A DNA stretch of 64,000 nucleotides from the human T2T-CHM13v2.0 reference genome, Homo sapiens (GCF_009914755.1 NC_060946.1), one strand, 5' to 3'; positions 1 to 14,199 are shown, counted from the first letter of the stretch. A program made the numbers and translations. Notes: generated from the letters alone by a model not told the origin.

Positions 1-365
1 AGGGCACCGTTGGATGAGGGGAGTGGGAAGAGCTGTTCCCTGGGGCCCCGGTTCTGGTGGGCTCCACCCTCACGTTGTTCTGAGGGGACTTAAGGCTGGG
101 AGGCCCTCATGGGTCAGGAGGAGCTGCTGGCAAAACCTGATAGTTGCTAAGCTGATCTGAACTTAGCTTGCAAGGAGCAGCAGCCCAGAGGCCTTCCCAG
201 CAACAGCATCGAAGCTGTCGCCAGGGCCGCCTAGGGGATGTAGGATGGGCCACAGCCATGTGCCTTCTGAGTTTTCTCCTGCAAACTGTGCCTTTGCCTC
301 TCTTTAGTAAAAAATGGAAACAACTGCATCTCTCTACCTTCTAACCCCACGGAACCTCCAAGGGC

Positions 366-527
366 TAGGGGCGCCAAACTGAGCAAATAAAAATAGAGAA
401 CGTCTAGTTAAACTTCAATTTCATATAAACAGTGAACAATTTTTTAATATAAGTATGCCCTGAGCAGTGTTTGGCACACACTGAAATTCAGAGTTCACTG
501 ATTCTTCTGTATTTATCTGGTAATCCT
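366..527. mobile_element. MER53 (hAT-family palindromic DNA transposon/MITE) with internal deletion
   Basis: tagggg.gccaaa.tgagcaaataaaaatag...gttaaa.ttcaatttcatataaac...aatataagtatg... and terminal ctgtatttatctggtaatcct match the recalled MER53 consensus and its terminal inverted repeats. Confidence 0.75.
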
Positions 528-658
528 CCAGGGGTGAGTTCTGAGTGGGGTGAAGTGGAATTCAGACCCAGGCTTGAGCTCTAGGTTACCCTTTGCTCCC
601 CGAGGTTACAGATGACAAGAATGTGGCCTTAAATGTAATGTGTTATTTGAAATTAAAG

Positions 659-3352
659 TATACGCACACACACCCTACACACACATGCCTGTACACACAT
701 ACCCTACGCACACATGCCTGTACACACGCACCCTACGCACACATGCCTGTACACACGCACCCTACGCACACATGCCTGTACACACACACCCGCCAGATAC
801 ATATACACACACCCTACACACACATGCCTGTATACACACACCCTACGCACACATGCCTGTATACACACACCCTACGCACACATGCCTCTATACACACACC
901 CACCAGATACATATACACACACCTACAGATGCACCCCTGTATACACACACACCCCTACACACATGCCTGTATACACACACCCTACACACATGCCTGTATA
1001 CACACACTCTACACACACATGCCTGTACACACACACCGTACACACACATGCCTATACACACACACCCTACACACACATGCCTGTACACACCCTACGCACA
1101 CATGCCTGTACGCACACACCCTACGCACACATGCCTGTATACACACACCCACCAGATACATATACACACACCCTACACACGCATGCCTGTATACACACAC
1201 CCTACGCACGCATGCCTGTATACACACACCCTACGCACGCATGCCTGTATACACACCCTACGCACACATGCCTGTATACACACACCCTACGCACGCATGC
1301 CTGTATACACACACCTACAGATGCACCCCTATATACACACACCCCTACACACATGCCTGTATACACACACACCCTCATATACACACACCCCTTCACAGAT
1401 GCCTATACACACATCTGCTATATACACATACACACTCCTATACACACACCCCTGCACACATGCCTATATATATACTCCTCATACATACACACACCCCTAC
1501 ACACACCCCTATATACACGCATCTGCCATATACACATATACACACACTCCTATACACACACCCCTGCACACAATCCTCATACATACACAACCCCTCATAC
1601 ACACACCCCTATATACATGCGTCTGCCACATACACATATACATACACTCCTATATACACACACCCCTGCACACAACCCTTATACATACACACATGCCTGT
1701 ATACACACCCAGCCCTACACATACCCCTATATACACACTCCTGCCATATACACATACACACCCTGCACACATGCCTATACACACACACTACTTCACATAT
1801 GCCTATACACACACCTGCCATATACACAGGCAGGCTCCTGTACACACACCCCTGCACATGTGCCTGTATACACAGATACCCCTCATGCATACACACCTGC
1901 CATATACACATACACACCTCTGTATACACACTCAGATGCCTATATACACACACACCTACACACATGCCTATATACACACATACCCCTCATACATACACAC
2001 ACCTGCCATATACACATACACACACCTACATACACATCTCTATATACACACTCAGATGCCTATATACACACACACTCCTACACAAATGCCTGTACACACA
2101 CCTGCCATGTATAGATACACCCACACTACTGTACATACACACACCCCTGTATAAGTGCCTATATACACACACCCCTATATATACATACCTGCCATATACA
2201 CATACACCTACATACATATCCCTATATACACATACCCTTACATCTGTACACACCTGTCATATATGCATACACATACATGCCTTTATACACACACATCCCT
2301 ATACATATAGACAGGCCTATACACACCCACCATATACACACACCTGCCACATACATATACATGCATGCCTGTATACATACACACCTTTGTATTCACACAC
2401 TCTTACACACGTGTCTATACACAAACACATGCCTGTATATACACATACCACTATACACACGTGCCTATACACACCTGCTATATATCCACACCCCTCATAT
2501 ATACACACATGCCTATACACAGAAACACCACTATACACACACCCCCTACACACATGCCTATACACATATACACTCACTCCTGTATACAGGTACCCCCTAC
2601 ACACATGCCTATACACCTACACCCCTCATATATACACACACCTCCACACATGTCTGTACACACATACCCCTATGCACGCACCAATACACATATATACACA
2701 TACCCCTATAACACACACCCTTATACACACATGCCTATACACCCACCATATACACACGCATACCTACACACACCTAGACATACCTACCTGCCTGCCTGTA
2801 ACACACACCTTCCCATATTCACACATACCCTCCTACACACATATGCATATAAACATACACGCAAACCTATACACACACACACCTCTGTATACTCACATAC
2901 CCCCTACAAACATGCCTGTACACACACACACACACCCACACACACACCCATATACATATACACATACACACCTACACAGATACACCTACATGCCTATATA
3001 CACACATCCTCATATACATGTACACTCCCGTATACACACACACACCTACACACATATCCAATATACACACACAGCCTTATATACACACTCTCCATATACA
3101 CACCCCCCATACACATACACAGCTACACACAGATGCCTATACAGACACCCCCATATACACACACACCTCCTACACACATCTATACACAGACACACACCCA
3201 TATGCACACACACACACCCTTATATATACACACCCCTACACATGCCTATACACACACCTACACACAGTCCCGTATACACAGGTGCCTATACATGCACAAA
3301 CACACCCCTATACACATGCCTTTACACACACACACATGTATTTAGACACACC
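659..3352. repeat. 2.7 kb low-complexity (CA/TA)n-derived satellite with ~28-30 bp unit acacacaccctacgcacacatgcctgt(at)
   Basis: Near-identical units at 660-1380, degenerating downstream; almost entirely alternating purine-pyrimidine. Confidence 0.95.
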
Positions 3353-4761
3353 CACTTTAGATATGTTTAATCTCATTGGCATGGTCACTGTGTTTGAGGC
3401 TATTTATGTTTCCATATTCTTGGGGAATGTGTTGTTGCTGGTCGCACATTTCCGTCGCTTGATGTGTCAGAGGAGGGTCACCCTGTCTCCTCCAGGAGAG
3501 GTTATTGTTGGTGGCCAAGGACTTCGATTGAGCTATAAATAAACTTTTCTCATTTGACTTTTCACAGTGCAGGCATCGCAGTGAGGCTGCTTACCCAGTG
3601 ATTGCTTTGAAGTGAAGCTGCCCTTCATTAGTTTTGGTCAATTTCTGGCCCATTTCTGCCATCTTATTATTCTCTGAAAGGCTGGCTTAGGACTTCTTGA
3701 CTGATCTGGTGAATGTATTCACAATCGGGTGGAGGTTGACCGCCCTGTAGTTGGCTGGATCTTGGCGGTGACCCCGGGTGGTGAGACCTTAGGCTGTGAG
3801 CCTGCGTCCACAGCACATCTTCTGTGGCCGTCTCAGGCCACCCAGGCCGGATGGCGGCCACCCAGGATGGTGGCCCCGTTGATCTGACCCTGTAGGAGCT
3901 GCTGACTTCTGCCTTTCAGCTCCTTAATCAGCTTTGCGTTTTCTCCCCCCGCTCTAGTGGCGGTTGCACCCCAGACCCTCCAGTCCTCGTTCTCCAGCCC
4001 TAGGCCATGTGACACCACAGCCAGGACTCTCAGGCCTCTGCCTTGGCGCTTCCTTTGTTCCTGACTGTTCCTTTGTCTAAAACCCTTTCTTGCCCTTCTG
4101 CCGCCTTCCCTGACAGGCTGCTTTTCATTTGTGCCCAACCACACCAGTTCTTGGTGCTGCTCAGAGGTAGGAGGAAGTATTGCTGGGTTGAGCCAAGGGT
4201 GAGTAGCATGAAACAAGTGTCACACAGGAGCTTGGGCTTCAGAGAGCTTGGAGCTGGGGACAATAACGCATAAGCAGGAAACAGCCAGATGCCAGCCCAA
4301 GAAGGACTCTGTGCCATGTGCTCGATGGTGCGGTACACCTGCTGGGAGGGGTCTGCAGGTGGCCCCTTCTTCAGGCCAGAGACAAAAAGGCGCTATCAGA
4401 ATCCCAGAAAAATGTCACTGTCACATTGACCTCGACCCAGGGGTCCCAAAGCTCCTGGGTCCCTGAAGAGTTTTCTTCTGTGATGTTCCTCCTGGTTTGG
4501 GGCCATCATGAGTACTTCTGAATTGGGTTGGTAGTGTGCCACAGCTGGCTCGCTGTGCCTAGGGCACTGGGCAGGCACAGAACATGTGTCCTGCACCTCT
4601 GCAGAGCGTCTCCAGCAGGGTGGCCTGGGAACCACGCAGATGAAAAGGCAGCTGCTTCCGACAGTGACTGATAAGTGTCACAGAGCTACAGGTGCATTGT
4701 AAGAGCACATGGGAGAGGCAGAGGAGCCCTTGGGAAGGCTTTCCTGCCCCAGAGATAAAAT

Positions 4762-5188
4762 GGCTTGTGTTTGCTTGGACCCATAATAACATACCACAGG
4801 CTGGTGGCTTAAAGCACAGTTTACTTTATCATGGTTTTGGATGCCACAAGTCCAAGATGATGGTTCTAGCTGCTTTGGTTTCTGGTGAGGGCTGTCCCCT
4901 AGGGTTGGGTTGCAAAAGGCTGCCTTCTTGCTCACATGTAGATATAGCCCTTCCTGGGTGGGTGCCTGTGGGGGTAGCGGTGGTGGGGAGGGGTGGCAGT
5001 GGGAGAGAGAGCAAGCAGGAGCTCTCTGCCATCTCTTATAGGGACACTAATCCTGTGGGATCAGGGTCCCACCCTCACAATCGCATTTAATCTTAATCAC
5101 TTCCTTAGAAGCCCCATCTCCAGATACAGCCACACTGTGTGTTAGGGCTTCAACATAGCAATTTTGGGGAAACACTAACATTCAGCTT
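4762..5188 (-). mobile_element. MaLR LTR, MLT1A/MLT1B-like
   Basis: aacataccacaggctggtggcttaa, aagtccaagat, ctggtgaggg, ggacactaatcc, cccaccctca, ttagggcttcaacata..aattttgggg. Confidence 0.8.
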
Positions 5189-6324
5189 GGAAGTGTGGGG
5201 TTTAGACCAAGATACAGTTCATGGAAGAAATGATCATCATTATCATTCATTAGCAGGAAGCATGACTCTTGTCTTGGGCAGGTGGAGCAGAAGAATCAAG
5301 TTTCAAATATTTCACATTTTCCAAATCAAAATAATGCCATGAGGGAAGGAAGAGGGGACTCTTCATTTCTCTTTGAAATCGAGTCTTTGAAGCTTTATAA
5401 TCAAGGGCACCAAAAAACACCAGCAAATTTGGATTTTGTCCATTGAAATGGCCGTTAAGGACTTACTCCAGAATGCTGGTTCATGATAGATGGCTATTGA
5501 CGAAATGAGATCCTTCCAATGTTTGTTATGTTTGTTCTGTGTGGAGCTCTCAGTGTGCTGTGGGTTGAGGATGTGAGCATCTTGGGGTCAGGTGCCCTTT
5601 TCTCAGCCCTCTCCATTCATTTTCTAGCCTGGAGGGAGCAGATGCAGATAGCTGTGGGTGTGGCCTTGATAACTGGCACTTGCCAACTCTCCCCAGGTGT
5701 AGAGTTCCCTCATAGAGTTGGCCTGGAGACCCTGCCTGGGACCTGAACCAGGACAGGGCCTTCTCACACCTCCCTTGGATCCACATTTCAGGACCAGTCT
5801 TTGTGGAGGCTGATTTGTAAGGCAGCCTCTGTGTCCAGTGTATCTGCCCACCTGCTGTGCAGAGCATCCTAACCCTGACCTGGTCCGTATCTGCAGGAAG
5901 GATAGGACAACGATGGGCTGCAGCAAGGGGCAAGGCTGCATCTGGAAGGCAGCCTGTCCCTGCCCAGGGTGCTTCCTGATGATCTCAGGGCGGCCAGTGC
6001 TGGCCCCTTGGAGTGAGGCCTGGGTACAGGCATTGAGAGAGGCAGGAGAGCCTTCTGTCCCTTCTTCCAGGTAGAGCAAACAAGCTGGTGCCTGTAAACT
6101 GGTAGAAACCTCAGGAACAGGCTGACCTCCCACCGGGAAGTTAGAAGGAAATTAGTTCCCTATGTTTTGGTGGCTGAGTGACAGCGAAAATGCCAGGCCA
6201 GGAGCAACAATGGGAGATTTTGGTTTGGGGACTAGTTTGTGGGTTAGAGGAGGAAAGGACTTATTAGAAATAATTCTCGAACATTTCTGGCTTATTCTAA
6301 TCTACTCTTCAGCTCTGTGGAGTA

Positions 6325-6512
6325 ACAGCTTGGAGTTTGGAAGCTGGCAGAATTGGGTTGACTTTCTGGCTGTGTTGTATACTGGAGGATTGGCTTTGTG
6401 AGGAATGTCCCCACTCTAGCCCTTGTTTCCCCATGCATGACGGGTCATGGGAGTAAAGTACTTACAGGAGTGCCTGGCACACTTAAGTCTCATGCAGTGT
6501 TAGTACCCATTA
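6325..6512 (+). mobile_element. MIR SINE remnant
   Basis: tgtttccccatg...aaagtacttacaggagtgcctggcacacttaagtctca...tgttag...attatt is the typical MIR 3' end. Confidence 0.6.
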
Positions 6513-7035
6513 TTGTCATTATCATCACCATCAGCATCATCATCACCATCATCATGATTGTCATCACCAGCATCATAAACACCATCATCACCACCATCAT
6601 GTCATCATCACCATCATTATGTCATCACCACCATCATCATCACCATCACCATCATCATTTCATCACCATCACCATCATTTCCATCATCACCATCATTGTG
6701 TCATCACCACCATCATCATCACCATCACCATCATTTCTGTCATCACCATCGTCATCACTATCACCATCATTTCATCACCATCATCACCACCATCATCTTC
6801 ACCATCACCATCATCATCATTGCCATCATCACCATCATTACGTCATCACCAGCATCATCATCACCATCACCATCATTCTGTCATCACCATCATCATTACT
6901 ATCACCATCATTTCATCACCGTCATCATTACCATCATCACCATCATCATCACTATCACCAGCATCATTTCATCACCATCACCACCACCATCATCATCACT
7001 ATCACCATCATTTCCTCACCATCATCACCATCAAC
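6510..7035. repeat. (CAT/CAC)n trinucleotide-like low-complexity tract
   Basis: About 525 bp of catcaccatcat variants; gives His/Ile-Thr/Ser-Pro ORFs in all three + frames. Confidence 0.95.
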
Positions 7036-8231
7036 AAACTGTACAGCAGGATGGGTCCATGGTGGGGCTGAGTGTTGGAAGTTTAGTCTGAAGGCCTCTG
7101 CTTCTCCCACGTTGGACCTTGTTGAGCTGCCAAGGGCCCTGTCCATGCCTGCTCCTGAGGCAGCCTCTTCTGTCCAGCCCCCAGGGAGGTTGGTTGGAGT
7201 GGAAGACACTGGCTGAGTCTGAGTCAGGGGCACCGAGGTGACAGTGGCCATTGTTATTAGTCATATCTTACACTTTCACCTATAAGGAAGAAAATGCCAA
7301 CAAAACGCGGTACTGGAGAATGGTTCCACCTGTGTGGGAAACGGCTTTATGTACCTGAACATTTTCCCTTTCCTGTGTTTTTAATTCAGGTTAAATGTGA
7401 TTTTAATCAAATTTCTCTGAAAGTTGTCTTGACTACCTCGTAAGGTTAAAATTGACTTATTCTTTTAAGATAGAATTCAGTTACAGCTAGGAAACTAGAT
7501 TCAGCTTTATTACCACCCTGGTGGAAATATTTTTATTACCCCTACAAAGTAAGCAGCCGAGAAGCAGAGGATAAATCAGCAGCGCAGCCAGGCCGGGGAA
7601 CAGGCAGCGTGGCTCCCTCCCCCTGGCTCTCGTCCTCATTAGGCTCCAGAAGGGCAGAGCTGAGCGTTTGAAATGATAGTGATATTTCATCTGAGACGTA
7701 AGGACATGACAATTGGCAAGGCACATGCGTAATTGCTGTTATGTGCGACCTAAGGTGTGTGTGGACTTTCTGGGAGGCGTGCTGTGTGTGCTGGCAAGGG
7801 CTGCATTCCTGTGCTCCTGGTTTCCTGGTTCAGGCAGAGTCTTGGTCCCCTTCTGCTTAGCAGGTCTTCACAGTTGAACATGGCTGTTTATTCTGTGACC
7901 CAGGTGACTCTGCTTATCATTGTCTGTTGGAATCATTTTGGTGAACCTGTCTGCAGCCTGGGTTCCAGGCTACCCCAGGCAGGAATTTGCTCTCTTGTTG
8001 GATGGATGTCCTGAGTTTCTTAAGTCAAGCTGATTTAATGTGCTTTCCATTGAAACTCTAAATGGATATTTTGTTGCATTTTTGGGAAGAGGGATGCATA
8101 TAGAACAACAACAACAACAACAAATCAAAGAAATAGAAGTTTCATGTAAACCCAAAAATAATATATTAGGAATATACACCTGGGTTCTAGTTCAGCCTCG
8201 GTCCCTGACTCTGGCCTTGGGCTGCTGCGGG

Positions 8232-8365
8232 GAATGATGATAATAGCAGCTAGCATTGATTCAGTGCCTGCAGTGTACTGGGCACTGTTCTCAGCTCTTT
8301 ATCTGTATCATTGTGCTGACTTTTCATAACAGCCCCATCAACTGCATAAATGGGCCCCATCCCCG
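8232..8365 (-). mobile_element. MIR remnant
   Basis: ataatagcagctagcattgattcagtgcctgcagtgtactgggcactgttct...cataacagccc. Confidence 0.65.
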
Positions 8366-11300
8366 TACTCAGAGTCCTGCCTATCACTGATCTCAGCTTC
8401 CCCGCAGGCTGGATGATCTCCAGGTTGCTTCCAGCGCTGCCCATCCTGGGTTGGTGCACAGGAGAGAGCCCTCCCAGTTCCTCCCTACCTACTTGGGCAG
8501 CCTTGGGGTGTCCTGTGGGCTCAGGGGACTTGCCTGTCTCTGCTCCAGGGTTTCCTTGGGAGCCGCAGCCTGCAGCTGTGCCTGTGGTCGGGCCCTCTAC
8601 CTCCACTCCCCGCGCTTCCTCCTGGGACTCCTGACCAGCATCTTGTGCCTTATGGTGCCCCGCCCACCTCATGACCCTGAGAACTGGGAGATTAGAAGGT
8701 CGAATGTGCCCTTTTGAAGTGAGGAGTGGTCGTTGCTTCTTTTTTGGCTTCGACCACATGCCTACATTTTCATCCCGATGTTCCCCATAACCAATGCCCA
8801 GTTTCTAGAGCGGCCTCAGCAAATGTTGGGGAACTAAGGGATAAAGTGTTTAATGGAGCAGCCTGCACGTTAGGGCTCCAGCAGCCTGTGTGGCTTCACA
8901 TTGCTTCAACATAGCTCATGGGTGACACTCCCCTGCTTAAAGAGGATGTTTGGAGTGGGGATTTAAAGCAGTTTCTCTGTTGTTACTTTTGTCTCCAGAT
9001 GTTTATGATTTTCTTTGGGTTTTCTTCTTAGCTTTTGTTTTCCCTGAGGATCTCAAATCCTCATCCTACTGCCCTTTAATTCATAGAATAGAAAATCTGC
9101 ATGTGTGGAAAAGCTCTGTAATTTTACCAGTGCAGCCTATGCTGCTGCTACATCCCCTGTAAAAGTGACAGAATACAATGTTACGTATCTAGTATAAATG
9201 ATGAGGATGCTTGCTGACTCCCTTGCTTACATCTGAGATTTGTCTTGCCTCAAAGTAAATCCTTTCCCACCCCGCTCTGCCTTGGTGGCCTTGTCCCCAC
9301 CCCGCCCCCAGCTGATTCTGCACACCCTTCCCTGTACACTCACCTGTGGGCCCCTCGGGTTGACTGGCCTCTCCCAGCAATCGACCATCGTGCTGGGAGG
9401 AGAGGCTGTGTTTCCTCTTTGGAAGAGCCTTGATCTGGAGCGACAATCTTCACATTTATTTTCCACCACCCCAAAGTTGTTAAGGTGGTCAAAGGAGGTG
9501 ATGCCTGCCAGGGTGCTTTGAAATGTTTGGTTCCGCTGTGAAAAGCTGGCAAAAGTCTGAACAGAAGATTCCATGAGTCAGAGGGTCCTGGGGCTCACAT
9601 CCCCCCAGCCCTCCTGCCCCTGAGCCATTAAAACCCAGACTAGCCCAGCACTGGTGCGTTCTTCTCTGTCCCCGTCCTGAACCTGCCAGGCTTTCCCTGA
9701 GGTCCCCAGGCACCAGGGGATTATTGTCAGGCCCCTCACTGTCGTCCTGGGCCCTCGGAATCATGCCTCTGTGCCCAGAGTGGTGCTTTGGAAGAGGGGT
9801 ATGGCCTTGTCACTGGGGTCCTTCATGGCCCTCACCTGTTTCTCTACTCTGTTTCTTTCTAAGCCCTGCTGCCTTCCCGGCTCTTCCTGCATTCCTTCCA
9901 ATTTCAGCTCATTTTAAGGTATTCCTCCTGAACAAGTAGAGAGAGATTCATTTTCTTAAAACTGAGGGACAGCTTTCATCCCACTTTTGGACTGTGGCCT
10001 TCAGGTAGGACCACACTTCAGCCCCCTGCAGGACAAAAGGAGTAGCTTATTCTTTCAGAGCTCGTGCTGATGTGTAGTTGGCTCATGACCGCGGAGGACA
10101 TTCTGCCCTACGTTAGAAGACGGGACATTAACAGTTGTTCCGAGAGCTCATCCTTCCAGGCCTGTACTTAGCACAGAATCATAAAAAACTTGCTGTTCGG
10201 AGCAGAGGGTCCTCTGAGATCCTCTGGCCACCCCCACCCAGTCTGTCGTATGGCTTTTGGAAAGCCATCGTGCTCCAGTTACAGCCGAGCTGGGGTGGAC
10301 CGGGAGAGGGCTCCCTGCATCTGGCCCTCCAGCCTCCCGCCCCGTGCGCGAGTGGAGCTGGACATAGCACTTGCTGTGGAGCTGCTGGGCACTGCCTCTT
10401 CCACTGCATCTGTCCCAGTCGCTTCCTTCCCAGGATCTTTGAGGTGCTGGGAGTGGGAACAGCCAAATTGCGGTTAGCATTTTTCTTTTTAGCTGCTCAA
10501 GTGTGGAGTGTGTTTACCACCAGGAAGTGGTGGTGACCATGCTGTGTGTAATGAAATGCAAACACGTGAGGCCTCCCTGGCTCATGATCCAGCCACTTTT
10601 CTCCTTGTGATGATATCTTTGTGACTCTCCACACCGAGACTGATGTTTGGGGTTTATTGCTAAACTGAGAATAGTTAATTAAATTGTAAGTAGAGACATA
10701 CAAATAAAGTGATTCTCCTTGACCTTAGCAAGAAAGAGCTGTCGTGGTTTCGAATATAGGCCGTCAGACTGGTTTTGAAGTGATTCCCAAAGTCGTTGCT
10801 GATCATGGTTACAAGTAGCTAGAGAGACTGTGTCTTTTCTCTTCTTCATTTTAAGGAACCAGTGTCCCTCTTAAAATCAGGCTAGGAGGCCGCATTGCAG
10901 GTGGAAACGCATTGCCTTTCCGGGCCAGGGCTTGCTGGGGATGAGGACAGTTTATTTTGATGGGGTCATTTTCCTTTCCACACCATAAGCCATTGGTCCT
11001 GAAATAAAAGGCATTGGTCCCAGCATTGGAGGGCACATCCCGTCTTTCTACTCCTCTCTACCCCCTCGTCTCTCTAGACCCTGGACTGTGAGTACCTTCT
11101 GGGTCAACCCTTCAGGGTAAGGGACATTCCCACTCTTCTCAGACCCACAGTCACCTAGGCCTCCCTCTGCAGTCAGAGGTCTGTGTCGCTGCACACGGCC
11201 AGTCCTCCCACTCTGCTGTGCCTGGATCTCCCCATCCAGAGACCCTCGGTTTGACCCTCTGCCGAGCGGAAGCTCTGGTGATCTGGGGGTGGGCGCTGGA

Positions 11301-11814
11301 CCCAGGCAGTGGGGCGTGTGGGGATGTGCAGGGATGGCTGTGGGGTCTAGCTGCTGATTACAGACCACACTCCTGTGTCCCCGCCATGCCCCTCTTTGGG
11401 GATGCACAGTGCTGCCAGTCTCTGATGGGGGCTCATCAGGTGCATCCGGGCTACCCCTGGCTTTCTGCAGCGGTGGCCCGGGCTTTTGCTTTCTCAGGCC
11501 CCTGTGAGGACCACTCCTCCATCTGCTTCCCAGGTCCTCCCATCTGGCTTTCTCCCCTCCTTGTGTGCATTGAGTGTTGACTCTTCTGTGGTTTTTGTGA
11601 GGTGCTGGGACGGGGAGAGGTGAATACAGGTGTCCAGAGCCCTCTGATGACTCCCATAGCCGCAGGCCTCAGTCTGCGCTGCCCCAGACTAGACCCAGGG
11701 CCCCATCAGTCCCCGCTGGACATGCCGTGAGTGTGCTTTTGTATTGAGGTGGCTCCCGCTCGCAGCCATGTCAGGGCCCGGGGGTAGGGGCAGCTCCCTC
11801 CAGTGCTCAGCGCT

Positions 11815-12020
11815 CACTGCTCGTTAAGCCTACTGTCCCTATGCCCCACCAAGCAGCCCCATCCTTCACCTCACTTACTTCTCACGGCAGCTTGTTAGGT
11901 CCGAACTAACAGTATCTCCGCCTGACCAACAGGGATGCTGAGGCTGAGAGGGGACTCTTGTCCGAGTCACGCAGGTGAAACTTGGAGTCAGGATTGGAGC
12001 TTGGGTCTGTCGTCTCTGGA
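11815..12020 (-). mobile_element. MIR remnant
   Basis: tctcacggcagc...ctgaggctgagagg...cttgtccgagtcacgcag...ggagtcaggattggagc. Confidence 0.55.
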
Positions 12021-14199
12021 CCTGTTGCCTGCTGCCCCTCAGCCAGGGCTCCAGCGCGGCCTGTGTGTGGGGTGGGTGTGGTGGGGGGGACTGCTCCAGT
12101 CTCTAGCTGTTGCCATGTGGGGGCCTCCCCCAGCCATATTCTGCCAGGGAGCCTCTTGATGTCCTTGGGACACGCCCAGCTACCAACAGAGCCTCCCTCT
12201 CCCTTCTGAGCTGCCTGGGTGACTGAGGGCCCCAAGGGGCTTATGTTCACTGGCCCTGTCCTCCCTGGCACCTGTGCACACACCTGCACAGAGCAGAAGG
12301 AATTTGGACCCATAGGTTCACCTCTTGTAACTCGTGTACATGGCCCAGGTGTTCCTGATGCCCCACCTGCGGGACAAACTGGACGCAGCAGGGTGTTTTG
12401 GGGGCACAGAGCCACCGTCGGAGTCACACATCGCACACACCCAGCAAGTGATAGTGTGTGACCGGACATGGTGCTGAAGGTGGCCTATGTCAGCCATGGG
12501 CTTGGTGATTTTGAGAGCCAGGATGCGGTTCCTGGCGCAGGTGCCTGGGGGCGCCTAGAGGAGTGCGAGACTCCCGAGGGTCCCTCTGCCTAAGCTGCCT
12601 GGGGAGGGCGGCTCGCTTTATTTAATTCACACGCTCAAAGCATTTCAGGAACAATGAATGCCTTCGGCCCTCTGTTTAAATGACTGAATTATAGAGGTGT
12701 GAGGGGGCCACGCCCACCCCGTTTTACACTTGGCGCCTCCCTTCTAATTTCGAGGAAACCTGCAATTCAGCTGGAATCTGTAATTTTCTACTTGATCTTG
12801 CTCTAGCTGTTCTCCCATCATAGCTCTGTGAGCACAGAGAGCTCCAGAAGGAATTGTTTCTTGTCTTGCGACCACACACATATAATTGTTCTGGTTGAAC
12901 ACGTTTTACTGTGCGGTGTCCATGCGGGCTGCTCCCGGACAGCAGCAGCCAGGAAGCCAGGGCCCAGCATCCAAGAGGCAGACCTGCAGGATGAGAGATC
13001 CAACATCCCTGGCCACCAGCCGCCTCGTGGTGGTCTCAGCCAGGAGGAGAAGGGAGCCTCCATCCTCGAAGCAGCCTGGCGTCTGGAGCATTTCGGGGTC
13101 TTGGCCTTACGCTGCCCTATGTAGCCTGGAGCCAGGCCAGCCGAGGAGCCTGGGCTTCTCCTCATGTCCATCTGTCTCTTCCTCTTTAATCCCTGGGGAA
13201 TGCAGCCTCTGCTTATCTGCCACTCAGGCCCCTGCAGCCCCCTACCTGGTCTCCTTGGCGTCCACTGGCCCTCCACACTCCACGTGCCCCCCTGGGATGG
13301 CAGAGCCACTAAGGATGGAAGTAGGGGTTCCTGAAGAGTCAGCAGCATGCACTTCCCTGGTTCTGTCCCGGCACGCTTCCTGTGAGTCCAGCCCTCCAGT
13401 CATGCCAGGGTGCCTGGTTGTTAAGATTGTAGAAGCTTTTACAGTGGGCACTGGCGCCCTGAACTCCTGAGTGCACCCCCTTTGTTTCAGCCCTGGGAAC
13501 TTTGGTGGGCAAAAGTTCCCAGGAAGCCCCTGTCACACTTGGTGACCTGTCAGGCAGCCTGGCAGGGTAGCCCAGACCCTGCTGTGGGTGCCATCATCCT
13601 GGCGGGCACGTGCTTGGTCTTCATCCCCCACCTCCCCGCTACATGAGTGGTTACCTACAGCTGGCTGGCCCTCCCCCAAGGAACCCTCATGTGGCCCAGG
13701 GAAGCTGCCTTCATGATACTCACTGTTAAGTGTTTTGAATACAGTCCTTGCCCCAGTCAGCTTGCTCAGGTGTCCCTGGAGAACGAGCCCCTCCATTGGC
13801 TCATCCTGAGGACTGGGCTGGGAAGGGCAGTATGTGCTTGTAGGACACCGAGCTCTTTGCCCGATAGTGTCAGTGGGAGGTTCCAGAACTCTGCCGTCCC
13901 GAAGCTCTTCCACTTAGGATCCAGGAGCCCACCAAGCTCCTGTCCTTTGTCCGCTGCACGAGTCCTTCCTGTGTCTGCCCTGCTGTCCTCTCAGGTGGAG
14001 CCGGTCTCACATTGCTGCGCTTCCAGTCACAGCCGTATTCGTTTCAGAAGCTGCTGCCGCGGATGTCATCGTGTCTCTGCCTGCCTGGGTGGCATGCGGA
14101 GGGGGCTACCGGCCTGCCTCCTGCAGAGCTGCTGCGTGGCTGTTGTGCTCCTCAGAGTCCTGGGCCAGGTTCTTGCCCTCTGGGGCCCGGCGAGCCTCC

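Noticed and set aside
593-3370. 925-aa His/Thr/Tyr-rich ORF and overlapping ORFs
   Set aside because: They arise from the CA/TA repeat, which lacks stop codons. All three frames give similar low-complexity peptides, the start is non-ATG and there is no exon context.
6398-7216. Poly-His/Ile/Ser ORFs
   Set aside because: Translation of the (CAT/CAC)n tract in three frames; not a gene
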